DNA from: Leucoraja erinacea
Taxonomy: Eukaryota
Length of the DNA: 64,000 nt
Assembly (NCBI RefSeq): GCF_028641065.1
Contig: NC_073398.1
Location: forward strand, 21,824,001-21,888,000
Reading direction: 5' to 3'
In this document: in pieces, positions 1 through 14,000 of the stretch
Layout of the letters: the number at the start of each line of letters is the position of its first letter
Position numbering within the stretch: the stretch's first letter is position 1
Translations under genes and position numbers: made by a program
Notes under the pieces: generated by a model
The model's input: the letters and a program-made list of their open reading frames with translations, nothing else
What the model was told of the DNA's origin: nothing
The model's database searches: none

Positions 1-2002
1 TCAAGTCTCAGGTAGCATCATAATCATATCTGCACATGCTCAATTTGCATTTATATAACACTTTCCTCATAATAAAAATGTCTCAAGGCACTTGTGGGAT
101 TGTTGTCAGATAAGAAAATTAGCATGTGAGAATGGGAGGCTTTGTTGAACAGCAGTCAAGATCAGAAAACTGTGTTAGATTCATATTGCCTACAGTAATT
201 TTTTTAATGGTGTCCTGGTATTGTAGCAAACAACATATAGAATGGAGATCAGAACTTTAAGCCTCTTAAACCAAATAGATTAATTCAGAATCAACTCACT
301 CATCATGACATTCATGAATAATTCTATATTATCTTTTATTTGGTTAATTCCAGTGAATGTTATTCATTTGTTTGGTTCAAATTGAAGAAATCATTAATAA
401 TGGGTTTCAACAGCACAGATAACCGCTTGCAAGTTGCAACTTGTTCCTGACCAGCTGTTTTCCCAACCGTAGAATGAATGAATCATGTCACATTTGGCTT
501 CTTGGTGTCAAGCATCTGACACAGCTGTGGACAATACTTAGAATGAAACTTGGAACTGTTTTCGCATAACAGTTTTTTTTCATGCAAAGTTAACAAAAGT
601 AAGAAAGCATATGTTGTGTGTTTGAAGAAAAGTTAAATCTTGCTTTATTCCTGGAAGAAAATTGATAGATGTGAGTTCGACAGCAATAGGATGATTTAAA
701 TTCCAATCCATGGAGTGTTGATTTGTTGTGGAAATATGTGCTGTCCTCTGCTGTGGACAAATAATTCTTGAGTATTGAACATTAATAAATTATAGACACA
801 ATTACAAATGAAACATAAATGAGCCAGTTAGCTTTTATTTGTTTGCAGCAGAATCTTATAAATAACTTACTATGTTGTCAAATCGAAAGAGTTTGGAGCA
901 AGTTTAATCCTTCACAATTTGGTTCTGATATCCCTGCAGGCAACCTGACTGGAATTAGTCTATTGTATTCGCAAGGTTTAAACTTTGATCATTTCACTCC
1001 GATACTTTTTTTAAAAGAATCACTACAGTGGTGCAAATGATGATCAGTGATAGGATATATTCAGGTCGGGAGAAGAGTATAATTGAACAGAGATTGATGA
1101 TAGCAGTCTGTACAATATCCAGACATCGACGTGCTTATGAGTAGCAGCAGTCAGTTATATCAAGTTCTGCCACATTATACTGGTAACAGATGCAAAAATG
1201 GATTAATATGCATGCCTTTAGCTCCAGTGACTAAAAACACCTTTGTCTCCCAAATGTTTATGAAAGGACCTCTATTTAGCTATGGATGTAATTATATAAA
1301 CTGGTATTTTCTGGTAACGTCAACATCTCATTTTATCTCATGTTCTAATTTTTTATATAATAAATATTAACCATTTCATAATTTTTAATGTTTGTGTGTT
1401 AACCATTTTAAGATTTGGCGGTACATCAGTAAGTTTTGTCTTTTTTATATATGTATTCTCGCCCAAAATGTGGAGATAGCTGGCAGTGCCAGCATTGAGC
1501 CTCCGTCTCTAACTGCCTTGATGTGAGGAGCCAACACACTGAGTGCCTTGAGTCATACGTCAAGAAGATTTCTTCTCGTAAAAGCATCCACACACCAGAC
1601 AAGATTTTACAAACAATACTGTAGTTCCACAGTTGCAGTTATTTCATCTTTTTGTTTTTCTTTTGATTCCATCTTTTTAATAGAATAGAAGGTGCCATGG
1701 TAGGATTCAAACCTATTTTTCTGGATCAATAGCCAGCTTCAATATTGGCAGATATATGCTCTTGTATATCTCTTGGGCTAACGGAATCAAGGGATATGGG
1801 GAGAAAGCAGAAACTGGGTACTGATTATGGATGATCAGCCATGATCATATTGAATGGCGGTGCTGACTCGAAGGGCCGAATGGCCTACTCCTGCACCTAT
1901 TTTCTATGGTTCTACGTTTCTATAAAGCTTAAAACTTGCTGCAAATCCCTATTCCGTTAAATAGTGTTAACCTGGTGCATTAACCTGTGACATTTTGAAC
2001 AG

Positions 2003-2094
2003 GTGCTTCCACAACGATTCCAGAAGACTTCCCTGCCTTTAAAACAGTCTACAGGATCATTGCAAAAGATCCTGACCCTCAAGGAGAAATTAAA
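2003..2094 (+). CDS. Gene A exon A1 (92 nt, phase 1-0): [31 protein letters not shown]
   Basis: aacag|GT..AAA|gtaaga; same size as paralog exon 53483-53574. Confidence 0.88.
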
Positions 2095-5000
2095 GTAAGA
2101 AAGTAATTCAATTAATTTACACAACAAAGCCAGTAAAGTCTGAAGGGATAATCAAAGAATATTTTGATTCTGTTGATATGTCGCTTGGTCAGCCAAGCAT
2201 TATCGTGAACTTCTGTGATATCGCCACTTCACCAAATCCTAGTCTCACCTCTCCACCCGAGACCTCAAATGTTTCAATGAATCTCAATCCTTCCTTCTGA
2301 GATTGCTTCATAATTACATGCCTTTCCCAAATGATGGCCTTGTTCAAAACTGGAACTTAATCATCATCTTTTACACACCCATGTTATCAGCAGCTTTTCT
2401 GCACTATGTTATCATGAAAAAGAAATATGCTGATATGTGGAGGTAGCACAGATCATACAATGGATAAAGAGATGTGCATCTGGCAGAAGCAGGGGAAGCC
2501 ACCATCATTCCACCTCTTCCTCAATGATCTCTTCTCTACTTGTTCTCTATGCCTTTCCTACCTTCTCCTCCATCACTGTTCTTTGTATCTTCTCTCCTCC
2601 TTTAGAAGAGATTTTGGCTTTGCTTCTACATTCACGATGACTACAGGAGATTGAGTTGTGCTTGTGTACGTGAGCTTTTAGCTTTTAAAAGTATATTCAA
2701 ATAGACCTTGGTCAATCCTGCTCTGTTACATAATATTACTTTTTCAGCTATCATCGATGAAGTAACAACTGAATTTTTTAACCTTTCCTTTCTATTCAGT
2801 TTACTATAATTAATGATCAAAGTGATGCTGCCAAGTATTTTTCATTGGACCCTAAAGATGGAATTATCTCCAAGACCAACGAGCCACTTGATTATGATCA
2901 AGGCATGAAGGTACATATGGACATCAGGTGGGTTTGCTTGGGTCTGATATGATCCCAAGTGTAATCAGTGCTGAATTCTCTGAATTCTCTTTATGGCAGC
3001 AATACAAGATCACCATTTCCGTGAGTGAAGTGGGAAAGACTCCTCCAAAATCCTGCACGGGAACCATTACAATTACCATCCAGAACCTCAATGATGAATC
3101 TCCAGTTTACTTGTGAGTAACATTCCGCATTTAGAACCTGAATATTTACTCAGTTCCTTTTTTGTGAGATAGGATATGAAAACCTGCCTCCATTTATATG
3201 CTAGTTTTGTACAATCAATAAAATATATTTAACCCACAGATGAAACAAAACTATTTGAGTGGTGGATTCCTGACAAGTTAAATGGAGTCTAGAGCCTAAA
3301 TGTTGGCCATTTGTTCTGGAACTGCCAACATTTATTTTCCACTCCTGGTTGTCCTTGATAAATAAACAATTAGTCCATCTTCTTGGGTCTCTGCAGTTAG
3401 CGGGTTGGAACTTATCCCAGGCTGTTGATTGGTATGGGAGCCTAGAATTTTGACATTCACCACCTCTCATTCTTTTGTGGCATTCAAGCAGTTGCTTCTC
3501 ACACTGTGCTGATGTGTGCATCACCTTCCTCTTTAAATACACAAGTCCTATCCTTTTCAACCACTTCATTTTGGAAAATATTCCACCATCTCCATATTAG
3601 GTCTGGGAGATGCTGCATCCATCTGTTCAGGGCTCAACCACACATGGATACAATTTATCCACATTCAAAACCAATGGTCCAAAATTCATCTTTTTGATTT
3701 GGCAAACACTCTTTATTCACATGCCCACAATTGGATTTTATTATTGCTTTGAATGTACTAAACGTTGTCTGAGGAAGCTTCACTATACTTAGTAAAGTAC
3801 CACAAGCCTCAGTAATGAGCAAAATATTTACAGCAAGATTGAGCAGTTCCTCAGAATCCCATGCCATGTGACTGCCTTCTTGACCATGTTGACCTACCTC
3901 ATCTTTCCCTGTACTTTTGGAAAATGATTCTCTGGATGTTACTGGAAAATCCAGCAACTTTTCCTACCGCTATTTGACTTGCCTACCGCTATTTGAAATG
4001 TAACAGTGATTTTCATGAATCAATCAACTTAAATGATGAAGATGCTGCCACAAATACTGAGGTTGGAAGCTCTGGGATGCTAACCAAATGAAATCAAAAG
4101 ACCAGCAATCATACAATTAAATCAGAGTGGTCCGGGAACTGAGGGAGATGTGTTTCCATGCACGGGCTCCAAGTTTTCTTGTCATGCTACGGTTATGTTA
4201 TCTTGTTACATTTCCCTTTTAAGAACATCATGTGTGTGTTTCATTTTTAAGACGTTTGCCTATTTCTGAGCTTGCTATATATTCTGGGCATGGTCAGAAA
4301 GAAGCAGCCTATATTGACATTCGGAGCAGGAGTGAGTGTGTGAATTAATCATAAATAGAAAGGTTGAAACTGTCAGACTTTACACTGTCCTTGCACTTCC
4401 AGGCAGTGAGCTCATAGATGCAAGAGGTGCTGTCAGAAAAGCCATGATGAATTGCTGCAGTGCATTCTGTAGAAGTTAAATGTGGCTAGAGTGCACCAGA
4501 AATCTTGGAGAGTGAATATTGAAATAATACAGGGGCATGTTAGTTCTGGATGCCATAGAGCTTGAGTGTTGTGGGAGCTTGGAAGATTATTCCACCACAT
4601 TCCTGGCTTGTGTCAATAGTCATGTCATGAGTATTTTATTGCCATTTGTCCAGAAATGGATCAGAGAGTCATAGAGTGATACAGCGTGGAAACATGCCTT
4701 TCGGCCCAACTTGCTCACACCAGCCAACATGCCCCAGCTACACCTGTCTGCATTTGGCCCATATACCTCCAAACCTGTCCTATCCATGAATCAATGAAAT
4801 TCTTACTTGGAGCAACACAACTGATATGTAAACATAGTACTTCTTTAAACACCATAATAAACAACAAACATAGTTCAGTGTATCTATATTTTGAGGCTGT
4901 GACTCCTGCAGATCCCTTTGATGGTGGGGAGGTCAGTACCTGTGATGGACTGGATGATGTTCACCACAGCTCTGTCTAATAGGACATGTTAGCCGCAGAC

Positions 5001-8000
5001 CAGCCTAATTTGTGGAACACCACCACCACTTCTGTTTACAGCAAGCAATCTGAACGTGAGGGAGAAACAATTGAAGGGGAGAGATTGAAGTGCTGTCTCA
5101 AAGTAGTTGCCAGTTTAGCTTTAATAAACCTTAGATGAGGTTTCCTCCAGTTATTGAATGGTATGGCACAGAAAAGGTCAGAAAAACCCATAAATTTGGG
5201 GGATGGGAATTAAGATCAATGCATAGCAGAAAGACACAATGCATCTACAAGCTCTGAACTAAATCAGGCAGATCATGGAAACACAATACATAGCAGTAAC
5301 CTGACTTATGACATTCAGTTATCAGTGAACCTGTTCTGTTTACTCAACATCTTCTGTTTAAATTGCACAGAGGTACTACACTGTGTAATGTAGGACAGGC
5401 AGTTAGACTGAAGAACATCCCATATGGCAGAACATGCAACCCCTCAACATCCTGATAATGCCTCTACTGTGGTTCTGAATCACAAACTGGTCACTGCAGG
5501 AAGAGGCAATTTGGCCTGTAAAGTCTATACTTGCTCTACCAGCTATTTCCACCCCTATTATTTCCCTCTAGCCCTGAAAATTATTTTCTTTCAGATGTTT
5601 ATCCAGCTCCTTTTTTGATCACAATAATTGAATCTGCCTCTACTTCGACCCATGGCACTGCATTCTAGACCATAACCACTTGCATTAAAAAAAAATCCAA
5701 ATTAGACACAAACTGCTAGTGCAACTCAGCGGGCCAGTCAGCATCTCTGGAAGAAAAGCATAGGTAATTTTTCGGGATCGGGACCCTTCTTCAGACTTAA
5801 TAAACTTCTTGGATCACTATTAGTTCATTTGCCAATGACCATCATGTTATGTCCCTTGGTTTTTGAAATCTTCTATGGGAGCAATTTCTTACCTTCTATG
5901 CTGGAAGGACCATGATGATCTTAAACCTTCTCCTCAATGGCAGTACCTCGGGATGGCATGATTCCACTTCGGGTCTGTGGATTGTGAGGTCCACCAGGGA
6001 ACCTCTGACCCTTCCACAGATGCGGCAGGATATGCCAGCGAAGGGCAGGCGAGTGTATGAGAGATGCTGTACTCCTGCCGCATTTACACTGGGCTTCTGT
6101 GAGCTCCCACTGCATGGATTCAAGGTTCTCTGTGCCAGCCCAAATTCTCCTTCATTTTGAAGTCATGGGGCAACATCCCTTAGAGCCAAACATGCTTTGA
6201 GAATAACCTTTTTTTGTTGTCCGTCTGCTAATCTCTTCCATGATGGAAGTCCAAATATAAGGCTTGCTTCAGGAATCTGATGTAATGCAGGCAAATGGTA
6301 TGCCCTGTCCCTTGGAGTTGACTGAGTGGATTGGGTAAACTGGCCTGCAAGATGACATTGACGTTGACATTTCTTTGCTTATCATGCCAGCGGGTTTGGA
6401 AGGTTTTGTGGAGACAGGATTGAAGGTATAATTCTTGAGCATTGAGGAGCCTGCTGTAGAAACATAGAGATCACAGTTGCCAAGTGCACCATGGGTGTTG
6501 TGCCAAGGTTGAGATTTTGACCTGCAGAATTTTCATCATTTGGCCAAAGTGCTGACACGCTGAGTCTGATGGCGAATTTGATCATCGATGTCTGCTTCCG
6601 ATGAGAAGTGGCTCCTGAGAAATGGGTTCAGGCCTCAGGGAATTTGTCCCGCAGATCAAGACCCAATCCTATTGCTGATGGAATGCTACGTTGAAAGATG
6701 GTATTTTGTGGATGAGGTTTTAAACTGCAGCCTCTTCTAACATCTCATCTAACAATCCCATCAAACATGTTGAAGAAGAGAAAGGAAGTTATTTCTGGTT
6801 TCCGGACAATTGTTCCTCTGCAACAATATCAGTTGAATAAAAGTGACAATAACAGGGAGAGTGTAAAGGATAATCACCAGGCTGTTATCTGGATTGGAGA
6901 ACTTTAGTTTTGGGGAAAGATTCAACAGACTGGGCTTATTTTCCCCAGAGCAAAGGACTGTGAAGGTTGATCCGATAGAGTACATATAATTATAACATAC
7001 ACACAGAACATAGATATTAAGAATCTTTTCCCCAAGTGGTCATAGGCTTAAGGTAAGAGGAAGGATTTGCAAAGAGGTTCTGACGGAATGTTTTCTGTAC
7101 AGGGAGTGGTTAATATCTGGAATGCGCTGCTAGAGAGGGTATTGAGCCAGTCAAAATCACTTTATTTTTGAGACATTTAGGCATTAAGGCAAGGTATAGA
7201 AGAATACAGACACAATGCAAGAAAACAAAACTAGTGTAGTTGAACAAAAAAGATCAGCACAGACATGGTGGGCTGATTTGTGCTGTAGGACTATCATTCT
7301 AAATTGCTGTTAATGGGATCTCAATGTGCATAAATGACTGCTGCATCCTCAGATTATTAGAGTCTGCACTGCACTTCTAATTCATCACTTTGATTGGAAG
7401 TTGCAGTGGGATATTGGAGGTTGCAAATGCTAATCTTTTCTGTTAGAGTAGTCTCTGTGCTGCTGAAAAGAATGGAAAATCCAGGATTTAATAGATGTCG
7501 TGAGCAGCAGTTTCCCCTTCTATTACCCATGTCTAGATCATCTTTGAGAGTGTGTATTGGTGCGTAAATGTGCAATTGTATCCATTTTCAGAACATGGTT
7601 CTCAAAGAAACTGAGCGGATAATTAAATAATTAAAACAACTTCATCAAGACTTGATAGTTGACAATATATCAGATTATTTTGTTTGTTTCTAAGGAATCC
7701 ACCTAATGTTATAAACATTCCCGATGATGAGTCTGCAGGGACTATTGTAGCAAAGTTCACAGCAACTGACCAAGATGTGGATGACAGAGTCTTCTATGAA
7801 TTTGCTAGCAAGCACAAAGGCTTCACCATTGATGAAAGTGAGTGTTACATATTTCATTTTACATTGTGTTTTGGATTACCGCTGTTAGTTTGTGAGAGAT
7901 TTCCAAACACTTGGATCATGTGCGAGGTTGGATCTTGCATTGGTCTGTGGCCAGATTAATTTTCAATAAAATCACCTCTGCACTTTTTGATGTTTGAGAG

Positions 8001-11000
8001 CCTCTTCATATTGATATGTACTTGTTATTAATCCGTTGCTTCTGTATCTGGTTTCAATATTCTCCATTGCTTACGTCTTGTTCTATCTTTTCCTAATTTT
8101 CCCTTTTAACTGATCTATGCCAGGTCTTTGGCCTCAAAGAAATTGAATTACTTCATCACTCAAGTTATCCTGCCTTTGACATATTCTATTTTTGTACTTA
8201 ATCTGATTATATTGAAATCATAGCTTCCACACTGACAAATATTTAAATATGTTGCTGAATTGCCAAATATTTTCATTATTCCTTGTAAATTTTAAATATC
8301 TTCAGATTCAGATTCAGATTCAGATTCAATTTTAATTGTCATTGTCAGTGTACAGTACAGTACATTTTAAATATCTTGTTTTGCTTATGGGTTTTCACAG
8401 ACACAGGAGAACTCAAACTGACCCATCGCCCTGATTATGATGACACCACCTTTCCTAACAAACAGATACTGGAAATTAGAGCATTTGACTCCAACCGGGT
8501 CCATTCCGTCACTGCAACAGTAACTGTTAATATTATTGATATTAATGACAATGCCCCTCAGTGCCAGCCAACCCTTTACAAGTGAGTACTTAACATCAAA
8601 CCAACAATAGACCAATGATTATTACTCTAATGCAACAGACTTTTAAATGTTTCCTTATTCAGTCACAGTGACTTTACAGTAATCCTCAAAATGGATATAC
8701 ATTTCAATCACCGCACTAAAATCATCTCCAGCAATCACTGAAAATGTCCTGATTTATTGGAAAGCCCTGTTCAGATTATATTTAATGAAGAGTACAGTAT
8801 CATTAGGAAAAATAAAGTTCTCTTCTGACCTAGCATTGAGATGATTGATGTGAGGAAATTGAATTTAGAACCAAGGCATCTAGAATACAATTAAGTGACC
8901 TCATCTCTTACCTTGCATGAACTTACTAAAAATGTGTTTTTCGTATTCAGCCTTCATTATTCTTGTACTAAAATGTTAATTATTTTCACTTCAAAGCAGG
9001 GAAAGGATGTGTTCCAGCGTGATCCAGACCCCTCCTTGTTATCATGCTCTTAAATGCCATTAAAGCCTTTCTCCTGGTAGATATTCCCTTCACTGGGTCC
9101 TCTTTTTAATTAATGTTGTCCATCTTCTGACAACAGCTCTCCCTATTACAGAAGCTCTGAGACCAAGTTGGCTTCTAGCAATAGAAAATATTCTGAATTA
9201 AATAGAATAGAAACATAATATTGCAAATCTGTTCTGTTCACCCTGAATACCAAATGTGATCTTTGATTCCTGCAAGCATAACTTCACTGGCAATGGTATT
9301 GTATTTAATATATAGCTTCTGCTCAATGTCACATTTTTGTGCCTATTCATATATCACCGTATAACTCTGAAGGAGTAACTGAACATAACTGAACATTTCA
9401 AGCAATGCTATAGTCAAATGTGGCCCCACATCAGATTTTCAGTGCATAAAATGATTCCAGAACTTGATTTTGAGTCAATAAAGTCAGAAGGAGTTTTCCA
9501 TTCGGTTACCATTTCATCTTCTTTTGCAGTGCTGTGCTTGCTGAAACAGACCCACCAGGCACCATGGTCACTTTCCTGAACTGCTGGGACAATGATTCAG
9601 AAGCACCTAATAATCATCTCACCTACACACTGGTGCTGGATTCCTTTTCTTAGGGAGCAGGAACAATGATACGTGATCAGACTGACCAAGGTGGGGGAAC
9701 CTTGTCTAAAATGTTATTCTTTTCACTTCAAAGCAGGGAAAGGATGTGTTTTTTCCACAGACAGATTTTCTAATAGTAAAAATGAAATACAAGTAAGTAT
9801 TAAAACATTGGAAAGAATGGAGACAAGGTGTGGCGTTGTTCCATCCCACTTTCATAGTAGTTTGAAAAAAAAACATAGTTTTCTGAATTGAAATTGAAGT
9901 TCTCTTCATTGGCTCTGTGCTTCTGCTGAATAGAAATGCCATGCAGATTCAACATAGAGTCACAGAGTCACACAGCATGGAAACAGCCCCTTTAGCCCAA
10001 CATGTCCATGCTGACCAAGATGCCCCTTCTAAGCTGATCCCATTTGCTTCCATTTGGGCCATATCTCTCTGAACCATTCCTTTAAATGTCCAAGTGCCCT
10101 TTAAATGCTGTTACAGTACCTGCCTCAACTACCTCCTCTGGAAACTCAAGTGAAAAAGTTGCGTCACAGGTTCCTAATAAATCTTTGCTCTCTCACCATA
10201 AACCGAGGTGAGAATATGAAACCGACTTATAGATGTCAGTAAGAACAAAACCCCTTTGTTACTCATTCATGATATCATTGTTTAAATAAAAATAAAATGA
10301 TACTTTGCGATGTAACACGTTCAACATACAGATGTTTCCAGTAACATACGACTGAACATCTGCAGAAACTAATTGTTGGAAGGGTAATGTAAAAGTTATG
10401 ACAGTAAACAATAACTCACATGTTTAAATTGTAGTCATTTTAAAGAGGCATTAATATCATTTTCATTGATATCATTGTTTATTTTCTGTGCAGGTTTTCT
10501 CCCATTTTTAGAAGGTAATCTTTGTATTTTGATGAATTGTTGTCGCCATAACAAGTTAATTATCCAGTTCTGAATCAGGATTAGTATATTGTGACTCCAC
10601 ATGAAACATTGTACAGAGAGTTGGTTAGAAAATCATTGTTGCAAAATAACATTGATATCATTTATTATGGATGGATAATTTATAAAATAATATGTCATAC
10701 ATTATGCTTGCAGATTGGCCAAAAGGGTTTGGACTATGATGAGTCAACATTTGAAGGTCAACAATTTAAACATACAATACTAATCAAGATTTCAGATGGT
10801 GGAACTCCTTCTTTAACAAGTGAGTGTCCATGTTGGATAGATATATGAGGCCAAAGTGCAGTAAACAGGAAAGGTCATTTTTTCTCTTTGCAGGGAGAAA
10901 AGTAACCAGGGAATATGGATTTCTGGTGAATTGATAGAAGGATTTGAAACCATAAATGTCATCCCCCCAAAGAGTGCTGTGATGTTTGCCTGGCAGGCAA

Positions 11001-14000
11001 GATAAATCTAGAAACACTTGGATAAGTAGTGAAATGTTTTCAATCAATATGGTTACAGTACAAAAGTAGGGATAATTTAAGTGGCTCTCATTTGGCCGGC
11101 ATGGCCATTTTGAGGAGCTGCTTCCTTCTATGCATGGATTTAAATGATTGTATGATGCAATGAACCTCACGATATCACTGGTTTTCATTAAGATTTGCTA
11201 ATTGGTGTCTTGCCATCTGCTTTGGACAGGCACAGCTACTTTGATTGTACAAGTGACGCGTAGAAATGAATGGAATCCCAAATCCGACGATTTAATATTC
11301 ACTGTCGCTGAAAACAGCCCAATTGGAACAATTGTGGGCCTCGTAAAGTTCACTGATGCTGATCTGCCTTATGACAGCATTCGGTACAGCATTGCCAGTG
11401 GAAACAATGATATCCCTCCCAGATTCTACATGGAACCCAATTCAGGTTATCTTCACCTTTCTTTCTTCAAAGCATATTGGCTGACTGAAATATTTGACCA
11501 ACTTCCAATAGTATAGACAAGTAAAATAATACATTCACAAAATTCTGCATCTGCATGGTGGATCAACCAGGTGGATGGCTCCACCGTACTTTATCTCCAA
11601 TTACCTTCAATTATCATGGGAGATTACTGTTTCTCCTTCCTTCAGTTACTTGCCCTCAGTCTATGATTGTTAATTTAGAGATTTTGTGCTTTGAACCAAA
11701 TTGTGGCAGGAACATCAACAATTGGCGCAATTAGTGTGGGGCAGTTTTATATATGCAGATCTAAAACTCAGTGACTTCATTCAACCCCTTGCATTGATTT
11801 TATAACATTTGAAGTCCTAGAAATGAGCATAAAGATTGATTTTTGTATTGCAGTACATTTTTAAATGTCAGAAACGTTTATATGTGAAGTGTATGTTATT
11901 TTCTGACATGATCAAAATGTTTCCGGTGCCTGGACACCAGGGCAGCTGAAGGTCCTGAACCTACTGGATGCAGAAAGTGCAGCCCGCTATTCCCTGACAG
12001 TGCAAGCGTTGGATCTGAATAATGATCTTGAGTCTGATCCACAGAAGCAGAAGACCAGCTTCGCCATGGTCACAGTGAACATTCTGGTAAAGTATCAGAA
12101 ATCTACTGCCTGACAAGGCACGCTTGTGACCTGACTTTTTGTTTTGGCATTTTAGATTTAAATGAAACCGTGCATTACATTTTATAACTCGAAACATTGT
12201 CTGCAACTTCTTGGGGGGAAAATGGAGGAAATAAGAGTTCATAGACACCAAGTATACTGGGGTGGGAGATCTTAGCCTCGACTGAGGTTTCACCTTTGCG
12301 ATAGTGGACAAAGCTGAATGATGACACATAGACCGATGAAATAAATTTAGTTTGTATTCTCGTGGGTGTTGAGGATTGAGGAGTGTGTTAATTGAAGTGC
12401 TTAGAATAATAAAATAATTCAACGGGGTAGATACAGCAAAACCATTTCCTCCCTAAGGCAACCAACATCACAGATCCCACCGAGAAATTGAGAGCTAAAA
12501 TTACAATGGGAAGTAAGAGCTTGGATCCCCAAAGGGGTGTAGCTGTCGGATTTGATGTACTTTTCAAGGTGCATCCTGATGGCAATTTGTGTGGGTAAAT
12601 TATCATCAGATGGGGTAACCTGACTGCAGTTACATGTGTGGTCACATCAGCAAAGCCATTAAATTATCTTACTTTTAAAATCTAAAATAGACTGTTCTTG
12701 AATAAATAAATCAGTTCTGACTCAAATGTCACTGACTGAAAGGTCAACTCTGCTTCCATCAGGTTGGCTGGCTGATATTTTCAGCATTTTCTCTCTCGTT
12801 TTAGATTTTTAGCATTTACAGGGCTTTACTTTAAATGAAAGTATACCCTTGTTGAACCCATTTATGTGTTTAAAGAGATTTTTATGTTATGTTGAATTTT
12901 ATAATATTGTTTTTCTGTAGCTCAAAGCGCCAGACACACACAAGCAAAATATATGTTAAAAAGATAACACCTCACTTACACCTCTGCACAGTCCTCAGAG
13001 CTACACTGACCAGTAGCAGCCCTGTGGTTTTGATTTGGCTGAAGGTCCTGCTCCCAGGGATGTCCAGTGAGGCAGGGTTGTCTGAGAGCAGTGCTGGGCC
13101 ACAGGTGGGTGCTCCACTGCAGTCTGCCCCGGCGGGCTTTTGACAACACCTGCTGGCAAAGGCCTTCCCATCACGGTCTAAATGTCTCTGCTAATGAACT
13201 ATTACAAACACTTGAAAAATAATCAACTCATTTCACAGCATATTTACCAAATGTAAGATGATTAAAAAAATGTGTAGGTAGGAACTGCAGCTACTGGTTT
13301 ACACCTAGGATAGACACAAAATGCTGGAGTAGCTCAGCGGGACAGGCAGCATCTCCGGAGAGAAGAAATGGGTGACGTTTCGGGTCGAGACTCTCCTTCA
13401 GTCTGTCCCGTTGAGCTACTCCAGCATTTTGTGTTTATCTGATTGAAAATATGTTAATTTGGCTTAAAAATTAAAAAAGGCATGCCACAGATATTAAACA
13501 CCTCTTCAAACCGGCTTGATGACCACATTAAACTGCCAAGGACAGGCTGCGTGTCATGTTTTGCAGCCAGCCTCTCAGCCCAGCATTACCAGCCTCTGCC
13601 CCTGGGGGGCAGTGCTGCATCCAGCAATGGAGCAACAGGTCAGGCAACCCCAGCCATACATTAATGCAGAGGATGGGAACACCAGGCTTACACACTGCTG
13701 TTAGTCAAGTGGTTCTCTCTGGAACCACCAACTGAAAAGAACCACACATTTCTGTGTTTTTAACTTACTTTTAATTTTTTTTAAATTATTTCAAGATGAA
13801 TTAAGAGGGAGTTAGATGTGGCCCTTGTGGTTAAAGGGATCAGAAGAGAAGGCATGTACAGGATACTGAGTTGGATGATCAGCCATGATCATATTGAATG
13901 GCGGTGCAGGCTCGAAGGGCCGAATGGCCTACTCCTGCACCTATTTTCTATGTTTCTATGTTTCATTTCTATTAGTTTTCCACTGTCTCTGAATGTAAAA

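Noticed and set aside
5895-6620. Overlapping short ORFs in a GC-elevated stretch (similar case at 17470-17850)
   Set aside because: Probably decayed LINE fragments; I could not assign a family or a coding function with confidence.
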